Source: a virus. From it: a DNA stretch of 64,000 bases. The notes under the pieces were generated by a model. That model saw only the letters and a program-made list of their open reading frames with translations. It made no database searches and was not told the origin of the DNA. How positions within the stretch are numbered: position 1 is the first letter of the stretch; each line of letters starts with the position of its first letter. Location: positions 1 through 64,000 of the IMG/VR virus record IMGVR_UViG_3300042197_002147. One strand, given 5' to 3'. The translations under genes were made by a program, and so were the position numbers. This document shows, piece after piece, positions 8,270 to 19,127 of the stretch.

Positions 8270-11200
8270 TGCCTGAAAATTTTGAATCATTACAATCTAA
8301 TACTCCCACACCATCTTTCCTAGTAAATGTTAAAATTCAAAGAAAAGACGGAAAGGGTTCCTACGATATATTTAAAAACGACACAATGGGTCGTGGCAAC
8401 GACATTGTTGCCGAAATAAAAATATTACAAAATCTGTTTAATCCATTTATTTCTGGTTATATTGAACTGTATGACAAGGGAGACTGGACAGGTGAATTAA
8501 ATTTAACAACCTTTGAAGACATTATTTTTAAGTTTTCATTAGACGAGAACAAACTAGTAGATTTAAAGTGTAGAATTTATGAAGCAAAATTGGTCAATGA
8601 TATAACCTATGCACCAAGAATCAATAACATAGAAAAAGCAAATTTGTATAGATTGGAATTTATATCTGAGCCAATATTTAATTTTCAGTTTAAAGAAAAC
8701 TTTTTGAAGGATAAAGATTTCATTGGTTTGATTGCAAAAAAGGGTTCTGGACAAGGAAAATTAAAGGGTCTAATAAATGAAATATCTGAAAAATATGATT
8801 TAAAACCAATAGAAATAGAATCAACACAAAACGGTGTTTGGATCAAAAAGGATGAAATCTCTTTACCAACCGGCGTTGAGCAAGGTCAATTTGACATATT
8901 GCATTTGTTGAACTATATTAGTTCTTATGCCATAAGTAAAGACAATCAATATGCTCCTAATTTCTTTTTATGGCAAGACTTAGATGGTTGGCATTTTAAA
9001 TCAATAGAAAAAATACTAAAAGATCAAAAAAATAAATCTAGAAACAATTTAGAGTATTTTATTCTCAACACCGATGATGAAATCGACCCAAGAAAAGTTA
9101 GATCTTTAACTGTACTAAATCAGTACAATAGTATGAGTTTATTGAAAGATCGGACTTTAAAAAGTTATTACAAGAGAGTAGAACCAAATTTTCAAGATCC
9201 ATATTCTGACTTTTTAGATTCTAATAAAGGTTATACCTACAGCATAATAGATTACGATTACCATAGAGATTACAATAAAGTAAATAGAATTGAAAACAAT
9301 AAACTAGTACCAAAATCTATTAGCACTTCTCCTAAAGTAAATGGTCTTTATAATTCGGTAAATCGTGTTCAAGATGAAGTTCATTCATATTACACAAACG
9401 ACAAATATAATACACCTTTTCATCTTTTTTATGACAACAATGCTGACCGTGGTTTTGGTGATACACCAGATCATCATGCTATAGTATGGTGGGATTATTT
9501 AGGAAGAACTGCTGATTCTAGATGGTCAAATGTTGCATGGCAACCACAGTTTGATGTTTGTGATTTAGACATAGAAAAATTGCACACAATTGAAACAAAA
9601 ATAAGAGAGCCACTTAGAGAAAAAAGAAGAGAATTTGCGAGAAAGAAAAATATAAAAAGAGAATGGGAAGTATATAGATGTGCAGTTTGTTGTTTGTCAT
9701 CTGCAAATTTTGGTGGCACAGCAGATGTAAAAATGTTAGAATCTTTAGATCCTTCTGGAATAACCTATAATTTATTTTATGGTCCAACTGGATTGTTTTC
9801 CGATTTGCAGCAGGGATATAAAGTAGTTGCTGCTGGTTCTTTTACGGACACAATTAACTATGATCCTAGTATAGTGGGTAGTCAAAATGGATTGACTTTT
9901 TCATATGACTTTACAAAGGAACCATATAATCAAACTATAGGTCAGTTTTATAACATGAAGGAGGAAGTGCCAAACTTCATAAAATATTCATTAGAACAAA
10001 GTTTAGCACTTTATGATCAAACAATAGATTACTATAACAGAAGAATAGAAATAATGCAGTCTTTTATAAACAATGCTGATGGTTATATATCTTCTGCAAA
10101 TTCTTATATTGCTTCAAATACATTTCCAATACCAGAGGGCGCAGATCCATATAGTCCGGTTATTTATTATCCGCTTAGAGGTAACGAGGGTCCAAAATAT
10201 GTCACAACTTGGCATGGTCCACTAGTTGAACCAAATTTTTATCCATTTCCACCAAGTTGGTATAATGTTAATATGCCAGAAACGCCGATGCCTTATGTGC
10301 AAATACCAAAAGGTAAGTACTTAAGATATTACAATTATAGTGATGGATTGGAAACAAAATATGTAGAAGAAACAGGAAAAACAATACTAGTAAGTAAATC
10401 AACAAAACAAATTCCTGGATTCGTGAAACAATGTTCAAAAGAACAATACATGCCAGGATATTTAAGAGCTATTAGGAATTTTGACACCATACAACAATTC
10501 GCTGGAAGACTCTGGAATTCTAGTACTGGAGATGCTTCTGGAAATGAAATAGCATTTATTAATCCATATAGGTATAACATTTCTCTTCGTGGTTTACTGG
10601 AGGGTTTGTGGTATGAACCACAAACTTTAGATTTTTATTCTGTTCCAGATGGAATACGATCAAATTACGAAGAAGCATCAAGAAGTTTAAGAGAATGTGT
10701 CAATAATGGTGAGTGTTTTAATGAACTTTGTTTTGATCCTCTTTATGTGGAAATAACACAAAGAATAGCAGAAAAAGAAATACAAATAGTAAGATTTGAA
10801 AGAGATTTGTACATTTATCTGAGAGATATTGTAAGAAATACATTTATTCCAAAGTGGAAAGAGTTTTATAAAGAATGGTGGAATAGAAAAAGTTTCTTTG
10901 CTTCTAAGCAAATTGGAACTAGTATTTTTAAAGGAATTCCAGAAGGAAGAGGTAATACTTTAACACAACCTCTATCTTTGTATAATATCAAAAAAATTAC
11001 AAGGAAAGAAATAAAGGGAAGCAGATATGAAATACTAGCAAAGTCTAAATTGGGAGTTACCGGGGCATCTGCTGGTGTTTGGCTATATGACATATTTTTT
11101 GGAAATAATAATTCTTCAAATCCAAATGATTTTGTACCACAAAATGGAAAAACATGGTGGGAAGATAATAAAATTCACCCATATTATAGTCAAAGGTATG

Positions 11201-13350
11201 ATAGTAGATACGGAAAATCCGCATTTGTTACTAAAAGATCTTTGAACAATTGGTATGTTTATAAAGATGCAAATCCTATTAATAATGGACCATATAAGAC
11301 AGATAATGTATTGCCCCTAAGAGATGAAGAACTAACACAAACAGCATTTATAATTGGAACACCAAGTGAAGTAAGAGATCTTGATGTCACAATTGACAAT
11401 CTTGGTTATGCTTTATCACACTTAGAGTACATGGAACCAATTGATGAAGTTGATTTTATTAATGGTTTTAATTTATTCGATGAAAATATTTTTGATAAAA
11501 AACCACCAAATATTAAAAAGGAAGAAATAAGTTCTTATGTTAGAATTGAATTCCAGAGTCCAATTGGTTTAGATAGAATAGCGGATTTCCCAGATAGTTT
11601 TGTTCGTGATGCTGGTTCTGAATATTTCTTACCATATTTAGTTCAAGTAACTGCTGGTCCAAATGGAAGACAAACAATAAGAAATAATGTTGTTGTAATA
11701 GGCATGGATCCTTATGGTTTTGATGTTGCAATTAAAAAATCAAAGGTAGAAAATAGAAATGATGCAAGAAATTATTCTTGGTGGAAAAGTTATTCTCCAG
11801 TTAATATTGGAACAGATTTAAGTGATGCTGGCATGGATTTATGGCCAGAAAACGGTTTCAATGTAGAAGCCCCATATTACACAACTGATGTTTCTTCAAC
11901 AATTCCACAATTAAAAGATGGGTATGCTTTTGATTTTTATTATTGGGAAAGAACTGGTACAAATACTAAAAATCCAGGCCTAGCAGCAACCGATATTGAT
12001 CATGAATATAGACAGTCTGCGTTGGGTAGTGGTTATTTGCTTTCATCCCACAAGAAAACAAAACCACACAGATCTTGGTGGTCTTTCTATATTCCATCTA
12101 ATCTATATTTCAAACAAAAAATGCTGAGTCCCGCTCTTGGTGGAGCATATGGTGCAATCACTGATTATGGTTTTGGAAGCTATTGGTATGGTGTTGGAAG
12201 AGGAATGTGGACAGATTTTACTTCTTATAGAGGTCCTGTCTTGGATTATTCTGGCCACGCAAGTAAAAACCAATTTGGTTATTGGTGGTACGATGGTCAT
12301 ATGGGATCAAATGCAAGTTTGACTCAAATGAACAACAGAGGAGATGACCGTTGGATTGATTTAGCAAATTCTGCTGACACAATACAATTGCTGAATTCCT
12401 ACGATTTGAATTCAAAAATTATTAAACAAGATAATGTAAATAATCAATATGAATCAGTAAAGGTTCACACGGAAAACTCAATACAGGAACTGCATCCACA
12501 ACTTAGACAGTATTTTGAAAATGATGTTTTGCACTGGTTAAATTGTGATTATGCTCTATATCGTCCTGGCTTACTCGCAGAGGATCTTTGGAAATACGAT
12601 TTAAGTGGAGAAACAGATTATGGAATAATCACACCCCCAGTAGATGAGGCAAATTATGATGTATTTGATCAAAATTTTGCAGCACAATTTGTTGTCTTTG
12701 GAAGATCAACAAGTTTATGTGATAAGTTTACATGCGCCAATCCAAATGGAGTAACCGATTCATCTGGTTGTCCAGAGGACAATCCTTATTGCAATTGTCC
12801 GGCACAAGATAGAATGCCAGATGAACCAGAACCAACATATTTGGAACTTTATAGTCTCTATAATAGTATAAGGGAATGCGAATTAATTGAAAAGAATTTG
12901 GGAGAAGAATATCTTGGATGTATTTGGATTGATCCCAATAATCCATGCAGTTGCAATTGTCCAGAAGTTGGTGAAAAGTTCCACGAATATCTAAAATATT
13001 CAAGAACATACTCTACTTTCTGGTCAACCCCACCACATGTTCCTTTACATAGAATAGCTTATATGAATCAATTAAGTTCTCAGCAAATACAAATATCAGT
13101 TGCTCCCACAAAAAATGTAAAAATAGGAGATCTGATCTATTTGTATCACGAAAACCCAAAAACAAATCAAGGAAGTAGTAAACTTTTCAAGAATAAAGAT
13201 AAAAATTTGGCAGGAAAATGGTTAGTAACTGGAATAAATCATAGTTTCTTGAAGGAATCTTTACAAGTAACGGAACTTATACTTTCAAGAGATAGTTTAC
13301 CTGTTTCACCAGACTTTGGTTCAAGTCCAGAAACGGCATATCTGTTATAA
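8269..13350 (+). CDS. gp27-like baseplate hub with a very large internal insertion
   Basis: N-terminal I.QNLFNPFISG.I.L.D and PNFF.WQD.DGWHFKSIE; C-terminal I.V......KIGD.I...LAGKWLVTGINH.F....L.LSRDS; lies between gp53 and gp25; 1693 aa. Confidence 0.75.
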   Translation: MPENFESLQSNTPTPSFLVNVKIQRKDGKGSYDIFKNDTMGRGNDIVAEIKILQNLFNPFISGYIELYDKGDWTGELNLTTFEDIIFKFSLDENKLVDLKCRIYEAKLVNDITYAPRINNIEKANLYRLEFISEPIFNFQFKENFLKDKDFIGLIAKKGSGQGKLKGLINEISEKYDLKPIEIESTQNGVWIKKDEISLPTGVEQGQFDILHLLNYISSYAISKDNQYAPNFFLWQDLDGWHFKSIEKILKDQKNKSRNNLEYFILNTDDEIDPRKVRSLTVLNQYNSMSLLKDRTLKSYYKRVEPNFQDPYSDFLDSNKGYTYSIIDYDYHRDYNKVNRIENNKLVPKSISTSPKVNGLYNSVNRVQDEVHSYYTNDKYNTPFHLFYDNNADRGFGDTPDHHAIVWWDYLGRTADSRWSNVAWQPQFDVCDLDIEKLHTIETKIREPLREKRREFARKKNIKREWEVYRCAVCCLSSANFGGTADVKMLESLDPSGITYNLFYGPTGLFSDLQQGYKVVAAGSFTDTINYDPSIVGSQNGLTFSYDFTKEPYNQTIGQFYNMKEEVPNFIKYSLEQSLALYDQTIDYYNRRIEIMQSFINNADGYISSANSYIASNTFPIPEGADPYSPVIYYPLRGNEGPKYVTTWHGPLVEPNFYPFPPSWYNVNMPETPMPYVQIPKGKYLRYYNYSDGLETKYVEETGKTILVSKSTKQIPGFVKQCSKEQYMPGYLRAIRNFDTIQQFAGRLWNSSTGDASGNEIAFINPYRYNISLRGLLEGLWYEPQTLDFYSVPDGIRSNYEEASRSLRECVNNGECFNELCFDPLYVEITQRIAEKEIQIVRFERDLYIYLRDIVRNTFIPKWKEFYKEWWNRKSFFASKQIGTSIFKGIPEGRGNTLTQPLSLYNIKKITRKEIKGSRYEILAKSKLGVTGASAGVWLYDIFFGNNNSSNPNDFVPQNGKTWWEDNKIHPYYSQRYDSRYGKSAFVTKRSLNNWYVYKDANPINNGPYKTDNVLPLRDEELTQTAFIIGTPSEVRDLDVTIDNLGYALSHLEYMEPIDEVDFINGFNLFDENIFDKKPPNIKKEEISSYVRIEFQSPIGLDRIADFPDSFVRDAGSEYFLPYLVQVTAGPNGRQTIRNNVVVIGMDPYGFDVAIKKSKVENRNDARNYSWWKSYSPVNIGTDLSDAGMDLWPENGFNVEAPYYTTDVSSTIPQLKDGYAFDFYYWERTGTNTKNPGLAATDIDHEYRQSALGSGYLLSSHKKTKPHRSWWSFYIPSNLYFKQKMLSPALGGAYGAITDYGFGSYWYGVGRGMWTDFTSYRGPVLDYSGHASKNQFGYWWYDGHMGSNASLTQMNNRGDDRWIDLANSADTIQLLNSYDLNSKIIKQDNVNNQYESVKVHTENSIQELHPQLRQYFENDVLHWLNCDYALYRPGLLAEDLWKYDLSGETDYGIITPPVDEANYDVFDQNFAAQFVVFGRSTSLCDKFTCANPNGVTDSSGCPEDNPYCNCPAQDRMPDEPEPTYLELYSLYNSIRECELIEKNLGEEYLGCIWIDPNNPCSCNCPEVGEKFHEYLKYSRTYSTFWSTPPHVPLHRIAYMNQLSSQQIQISVAPTKNVKIGDLIYLYHENPKTNQGSSKLFKNKDKNLAGKWLVTGINHSFLKESLQVTELILSRDSLPVSPDFGSSPETAYLL

Positions 13351-13353
13351 ATA
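13346..13353 (+). promoter_or_regulatory. T4-type late promoter TATAAATA upstream of gp25
   Basis: Exact consensus, ending 8 nt before the ATG at 13362. Confidence 0.7.
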
Positions 13354-13361
13354 ATTAGCAA

Positions 13362-13748
13362 ATGAAGATAATAAGAAACAATTTTTCAGATTTACCGATG
13401 TTCTTAAGTAAAAACTTTTTTACTAATGATATAAATTTGAAAAAAGACTCAATTTCAATAAAAGAATCAATAAAAAATATAGTTTTGACTAGAGTTGGTG
13501 AACGACCTTTTGATTTAAATTTTAGTGGTTACATATATGATATGTTATTTGAAAATGTTTTAGACTCTGACATTGTTCACTATAAAGTTCATATATCAAA
13601 TATAGTAAATTTGTATGAGCCTAGAGTTCAAGTAAATGATGTTTTAATAGAAAACGAAAACAAAACTATAACTGTAGAAATTATTTACGAAATAATAAGT
13701 TTAGAAAAAGTAGATTCAGTAACAATAAACATCGAGAGGACTCGTTAA
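13362..13748 (+). CDS. gp25: Baseplate wedge subunit gp25
   Basis: FSDL, IK.SIKNIVLT..GERPF, LFEN, YEPRV, ERTR end. Confidence 0.95.
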   Translation: MKIIRNNFSDLPMFLSKNFFTNDINLKKDSISIKESIKNIVLTRVGERPFDLNFSGYIYDMLFENVLDSDIVHYKVHISNIVNLYEPRVQVNDVLIENENKTITVEIIYEIISLEKVDSVTINIERTR

Positions 13749-15496
13749 TGACTTATCCAAATAGCCAACCACAATTAGGTTCTTTAGATTTTGAAACTAT
13801 TAAATCAAATTTAACAAGCTACCTAAGACAACAATCTATTATTAAAGACTACGCATACGAGGGATCTGTTATGCAAACTCTCGTAAACTTACTGGCGTAT
13901 AATACATTTTACTACGCATATTATTCAAATATGATTGCAAGTGAAATGTTTTTAGATTCTGCACAAAGAATAGATTCTGTTGTTTCTTTAGTAAAACCTC
14001 TGGGATATACTGTTCCCGGACCAACTTCTTCTAGGGCAAAATTAAGACTAACAGGTGTCACTGACACAGTAATAGGAAAACATCAATCTTTTTCTGGAAC
14101 AACTATAGACGGTGTAAATTACATATTTTATACATTAAATGATTATAATGTAGATGCAGATGGTGCTGTAACCATAGATGTATATGAAGGAAAAGAGTTA
14201 GTTTATCTTGACAATTCAGGAAATGGTTTCGATGTCGATACTATTGTAAATTTAGATCAGCAAAAATATTTTATACTAGACAACACAATAGATCTTTCTA
14301 CTTTAGTTGTTGAGGTCAAGAGAGCAGGAGAAACCATATTTTATGAGTGGAAATTATCATCAAACATAGGATCTCCGTTTGATATAGATCAAAAAATATA
14401 TTTTGTTGAAAGATTGAGTGACGGATTTGCAATACAATTTGGAAAAGAAAATAAGTTAGGTCTTTCACTGCAAAGCGGTGACAAGATCAAAATAAGATAT
14501 TTGACATCAAGTGGTGCTTCTTCTAATACTATTAATATTTTTAATTTAGTACAACCAGCAAATTTTTCTTATGGTAATTTGGTAATAAATCTAATAGAAA
14601 CATCGTCTGGTGGTTTAAATGAACCTTCTCTTGATATGGTAAAGTTTCTTGCTCCGAAACTATTTTCAGCACAAGGAAGAGCAGTAACAAAAAATGACAT
14701 AAAGGCCATTTTACTTGAAGCGCAAAAAGTACAAAGTTTAGATGACTTCAATGTATTTGGTGGTGAAGAATTATTTCCACCAAGATTTGGTAGAGTTTTT
14801 GTTTCAATGAGGCCAGGAACAACACAGACTACAATACAAAATATATTAGATTTCTTAAAAGAAAGATGTGTTATAACAATTTTACCAGAATATGTTGAAC
14901 CAAAACAATCTAATGTTTTCATAAGATATACAGCAAATTATCAAAATCAATATTCAAATTCTAGAGAAAAAGAAAATAAACTAGAACAACTTAAAACATA
15001 TGTTGATACTAATTTTTTAAATAGAAATGTTTTTAATGCATCTGTTGATGCAGAACAAATTAAAAATTCAGTAGAATCTAATATTGACAATGTTCAAATA
15101 AATTTAAGTTCGTTTGAAATATTTTTTAGAGAAGTAAAAGTTCCAGAAGATGGTCAATATTCTTATAATTTTGGAAACGAAATACAAGTAAATTTAATTG
15201 ATAACTACGCAATAACAAATACATTTGTATTTAAAGATGGTTCAGTTGGAACACTTAGAATACAAGTTAATCAATCATCTCCCAGAAATACATTTATTCC
15301 ATTAAAAGCATATGATACAAATAATTTAGAATTATCTGGTGATTTTGGAAGAGTAAATATAAAAAATGGAACAATAGAAATAAATGATATAGCACAGACT
15401 GCATATGTTCTGACAATACCATTCAAAAACAAGTACTTTACAGCAAATTTAAACAATATCATTAATTTTTATCAAACTGAGGTTAGTTTTGTATGA
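13748..15496 (+). CDS. gp6: Baseplate wedge subunit gp6
   Basis: LDFE.IK.NL..YL, DY.YEGS, LLAYNT.Y, EMFLDSA, LGY.P, Q.RAVT..D, GGEE..PP.FG.VF.S. Confidence 0.95.
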   Translation: MTYPNSQPQLGSLDFETIKSNLTSYLRQQSIIKDYAYEGSVMQTLVNLLAYNTFYYAYYSNMIASEMFLDSAQRIDSVVSLVKPLGYTVPGPTSSRAKLRLTGVTDTVIGKHQSFSGTTIDGVNYIFYTLNDYNVDADGAVTIDVYEGKELVYLDNSGNGFDVDTIVNLDQQKYFILDNTIDLSTLVVEVKRAGETIFYEWKLSSNIGSPFDIDQKIYFVERLSDGFAIQFGKENKLGLSLQSGDKIKIRYLTSSGASSNTINIFNLVQPANFSYGNLVINLIETSSGGLNEPSLDMVKFLAPKLFSAQGRAVTKNDIKAILLEAQKVQSLDDFNVFGGEELFPPRFGRVFVSMRPGTTQTTIQNILDFLKERCVITILPEYVEPKQSNVFIRYTANYQNQYSNSREKENKLEQLKTYVDTNFLNRNVFNASVDAEQIKNSVESNIDNVQINLSSFEIFFREVKVPEDGQYSYNFGNEIQVNLIDNYAITNTFVFKDGSVGTLRIQVNQSSPRNTFIPLKAYDTNNLELSGDFGRVNIKNGTIEINDIAQTAYVLTIPFKNKYFTANLNNIINFYQTEVSFV

Positions 15497-17355
15497 TTAT
15501 TAATCCGAACCCACAAAATATAAATCATGCAATTCAGGCTTTAGGTATTTTACTTGAATCCGAATTTACTGATATTTTAAATACATCATCTACTTCCAAT
15601 TCTTTTGATTCTCCTGCGGAACCACCAACTTCTCCGGGCTTAGGTCTTCCTTTAAATTTAAATTCAAGTTACTGTGGTATAAACTTCGACATAACTCGTT
15701 ATATACCTCTTTGGGTTGTATATGAAAAAAATCAAAGAATAAGTGAAGGAGAAACACAACCAATTAGTATATTTGATTTTTTACAAAAATACTATAATTG
15801 GTTGTATTGTGACTTGAGTGGTGGCGGGGAGTACAATTTATCCTATGATTTGTTGGATTTAATTGATATAGAAAAAACAAAAACAGAATACTATAAGAAA
15901 TTTTTAAAAACTTTTGTAGATGGTGCTCCTGAAAGTATTTTAGATACTGTAACAACCACTGCTTTTGAAAGTTTTGTAAAAGACATAAGAAAAAATGTTT
16001 ATATCAGAAAAACAACAAAAGAAGCTGTAGTTTATTTTTTCAAGACATTATTTGAAATAAATGAAAATGATATCAAAATATATTTTCCAAAAGAAAATAT
16101 GTTAAGATTGAATGGTGGAAAATTTGATTCTGATAATTTCAATTTTACATACAAACCAAAGAAAAAATTAACTGACTTTTCGGATGTTCCTAATTTTTCT
16201 TCAACTACACAGACCAATATTGTAACTGCAAAAAATATATTTTTAGGTAATTATACATTAGATGGTGCTACATTTGGAAATTTTGAAACAAATTTGCAAA
16301 TTTCGCCAGTAAATTCTCAATATTGTATTTCTGTTAAATCCTCTACACCCCCTACACAAAATAGGCATAGATTTTATAGTAGGAGTATTAGCGGCATCAG
16401 GGAAAACTTATTAGAACCGGCAAAATGGTATAAAGCAAGCATTGTCGTTAAAAAATTAAGTGGTCAGTTAAATTGGATATTTTTTAGGGTTGCCAGAGCA
16501 GAACGATTTGGAGCTGGTGTATTTTTTGATATTCAAAATGGTGTTGTTGGAAAAGAAACCCCCTACAATCCTACCTTTAAGGGATCAATTGATAATTTAC
16601 AGAATGGTTGGTACAAATGTTCAATAACATTCAGAACAGACGAGATTGGCACTACAGTTCCAACTCTGCACTTTTTTGCTATTAGTTTTTCACTGAGCGA
16701 TGGACCATTTGTGACATCCATCAACACTGATCCAATTGGAACCTTATATACTCATGTTCCCGGATCAACGGATTGTGATATTTATATATCAAATAGTGAA
16801 ATAGTTTTAATAGATCAGTTAGATATTGGTGATTATTCGACAATAAATCATTTGGGTGGGTCTGCTTTAAATGTTGGTAGATTACAGGATAGCGATTGGA
16901 TACAAGATTATTCATATTTACTTAAAGTTGGTCAACCAGTAGAAAATTATGTAGAATCATATAAAGAAATATTACATCCAGCTGGACTAAGAGTTGTGTA
17001 TGAAAAGGAAATGACCGATTATGAAGGTCCAGGAGAAGGGGAAGATAGCAGTTTTATATGCGAATATCCCATTCTCAAAAACTATTCAGCTTATCAATTA
17101 GGCATAACTTATAACACAGTTGTTGGTTCTTTTGCTGGTGTTTCTTTGTATGGACTAACATGTTGTGATGGATATAGTTCTGGATTTACTTTAGGATTTA
17201 CTGGTCCTGCTTACTATTTTCCTAATTGGAATGGTAGTATAAATTCATTTAATTTTAATGATATAAATATCTTTGACTTTTTTACAATGTGTTTTATTTC
17301 TGGATTTACTAGTCCAAATGAAGGCATAACATGTGCTACGGCCCCATGTGAATAA
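15493..17355 (+). CDS. gp7: Baseplate wedge initiator gp7-like, with an inserted beta-sandwich domain
   Basis: FLQKYY.WL, DIE.T...Y, K.T.EA...FF.TLF, YFPKEN.LRL, LQDS...QDYSY, ILHPAG; position between gp6 and gp8. Confidence 0.75.
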   Translation: MIINPNPQNINHAIQALGILLESEFTDILNTSSTSNSFDSPAEPPTSPGLGLPLNLNSSYCGINFDITRYIPLWVVYEKNQRISEGETQPISIFDFLQKYYNWLYCDLSGGGEYNLSYDLLDLIDIEKTKTEYYKKFLKTFVDGAPESILDTVTTTAFESFVKDIRKNVYIRKTTKEAVVYFFKTLFEINENDIKIYFPKENMLRLNGGKFDSDNFNFTYKPKKKLTDFSDVPNFSSTTQTNIVTAKNIFLGNYTLDGATFGNFETNLQISPVNSQYCISVKSSTPPTQNRHRFYSRSISGIRENLLEPAKWYKASIVVKKLSGQLNWIFFRVARAERFGAGVFFDIQNGVVGKETPYNPTFKGSIDNLQNGWYKCSITFRTDEIGTTVPTLHFFAISFSLSDGPFVTSINTDPIGTLYTHVPGSTDCDIYISNSEIVLIDQLDIGDYSTINHLGGSALNVGRLQDSDWIQDYSYLLKVGQPVENYVESYKEILHPAGLRVVYEKEMTDYEGPGEGEDSSFICEYPILKNYSAYQLGITYNTVVGSFAGVSLYGLTCCDGYSSGFTLGFTGPAYYFPNWNGSINSFNFNDINIFDFFTMCFISGFTSPNEGITCATAPCE

Positions 17356-17370
17356 AACTAAGGATAAAAA

Positions 17371-19119
17371 ATGGCAGCAAAAAAATCAGATTTAGTTAAA
17401 ACATATTTAAATAGAGTCGGTACAAAAGATCAATACTATATGTTGCTTGGTAACACAAGTAACACATTAGAAGCAAATGATACAAATGATGCTGCTATTA
17501 CTATGTGGAAAGATTCTGAAATAGCTTATAAAATAAGCAGAGCAGATACTTCAGCAGTAGTACAAAATTATACATGGTCAAGAAGTAATGTTTATATTCC
17601 TTGGTCTTCTGTAAATACAAATGAGAGTAAGTACTACATTTACAACAAAACAAACGGAATAGTTTATTTGTGTTTATCTAACAATATTTTAAATAGAAAA
17701 GACCTAGAGACAAAAAATGCTTCAACCATAATACCAACACATGAATTTAATGTTGTCAGATATGAAGATGGTTATGAATGGTTACCACTATACAAGATAA
17801 CACCAAGTTTACTTAAATTTGTGTCAAATAATTGGATACCTGTAGTATCACTTGATGATTTTTTTGAAAACGAATCACTTAATAAGCACAATCAAATACT
17901 AGAATTTTGTGATGAAAATCAAGGTCAAACTGGAAATTGCGGAATATACTTTAAAAACAATACATCTTTGCCAGATTCAATAACTGGTATAGATTCTGCT
18001 TTTGAAAGTGGGTCTTTGTTTACAACACTAACAAATATCTCGTGCAGGCAATGTTTTCTTTTGTTTGAAGATGCTGAATCTGAATTTGTGGCGGAATTTT
18101 TTGGTATTGAAACACCAACTTCAACATTTGCAATACCCACAACAAAATCTAAAGTTAAAAAACTAATAGACAACAATACTTTATCTTCGGTTTCTCCATA
18201 TTATTGGTTATATTATGCAAACGAGTATGGGATAGAAGATGGTTGTATAATTTCTTGTTTTATTGATCTTTCTAATTTTACGGAATCACAACTTTATGTT
18301 ACTACAGCAAATCCAGATGTAAATATAATTTCCACTACTGGTTCTGGTGGTTCTATTAGATTAAAAACATATACTAATTCTTTAGGAGAGTATGTAATAG
18401 AAGGAATAGAAATCATTTCTAGAGGTTCAAATTATAAAGACATTAAAATAGAAGTTCCTTCTGGAATATTAAAAAATATTTCATCTGCTAGTTTAGTTTC
18501 TTCTATAGAAATTAATTTAGATTCAATAGATGGTCTTGGTATTGATCCGGTTAAAACACTTGATGCCAGACATGTTTCTACTAGTGCAAGAATATCTTTA
18601 ACAGAGTTACAGGACTCCGAAGTAACTATTCCAGATTCTATTAATTTTTATGGAATAGTAAAAAATCCAGAAAAAAGATTAACTGGAGAAACTATTACAG
18701 TTACCGCAGGGACAACTACAGGAAAGTACAAGTCAGAAGTTATTTCAACCGTTGTTTCTGTTATTATAGACTCACCACCAACTATACCAATAAAAAACGA
18801 TGTAATAGATTCAATTTACAATTCAAATGATACCAGTATACAAATAAATGATGTTATTGTTTCAGAAAATGCAGAATCTGGAGGTTTTGCGGGGGAAATA
18901 ACTACGATAAAAGTAAAATCTTTGGATGATCGGGGAGTTTTAAATGTAAATACCGTAACATTTGAAGGTGTGGACTATGACATAGTTGGTTATCAACTAC
19001 CAGATTTAGTTTTTTATAGCGGAAGCACAGAAACTGTAAAGAAAATAACATCTCTTTCTGTAGGAAGTGATCTTCAAAACACTAAATATTTTAACATAAC
19101 AACAATTACTGCACTATAA
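17371..19119 (+). CDS. gp8: Baseplate wedge subunit gp8
   Basis: W.D.....KI...D...VV..YTW, YY.YN....VY.CLSNN, S..PTH, DGY.W..LY.I. Confidence 0.85.
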   Translation: MAAKKSDLVKTYLNRVGTKDQYYMLLGNTSNTLEANDTNDAAITMWKDSEIAYKISRADTSAVVQNYTWSRSNVYIPWSSVNTNESKYYIYNKTNGIVYLCLSNNILNRKDLETKNASTIIPTHEFNVVRYEDGYEWLPLYKITPSLLKFVSNNWIPVVSLDDFFENESLNKHNQILEFCDENQGQTGNCGIYFKNNTSLPDSITGIDSAFESGSLFTTLTNISCRQCFLLFEDAESEFVAEFFGIETPTSTFAIPTTKSKVKKLIDNNTLSSVSPYYWLYYANEYGIEDGCIISCFIDLSNFTESQLYVTTANPDVNIISTTGSGGSIRLKTYTNSLGEYVIEGIEIISRGSNYKDIKIEVPSGILKNISSASLVSSIEINLDSIDGLGIDPVKTLDARHVSTSARISLTELQDSEVTIPDSINFYGIVKNPEKRLTGETITVTAGTTTGKYKSEVISTVVSVIIDSPPTIPIKNDVIDSIYNSNDTSIQINDVIVSENAESGGFAGEITTIKVKSLDDRGVLNVNTVTFEGVDYDIVGYQLPDLVFYSGSTETVKKITSLSVGSDLQNTKYFNITTITAL

Positions 19120-19127
19120 GGATTACT

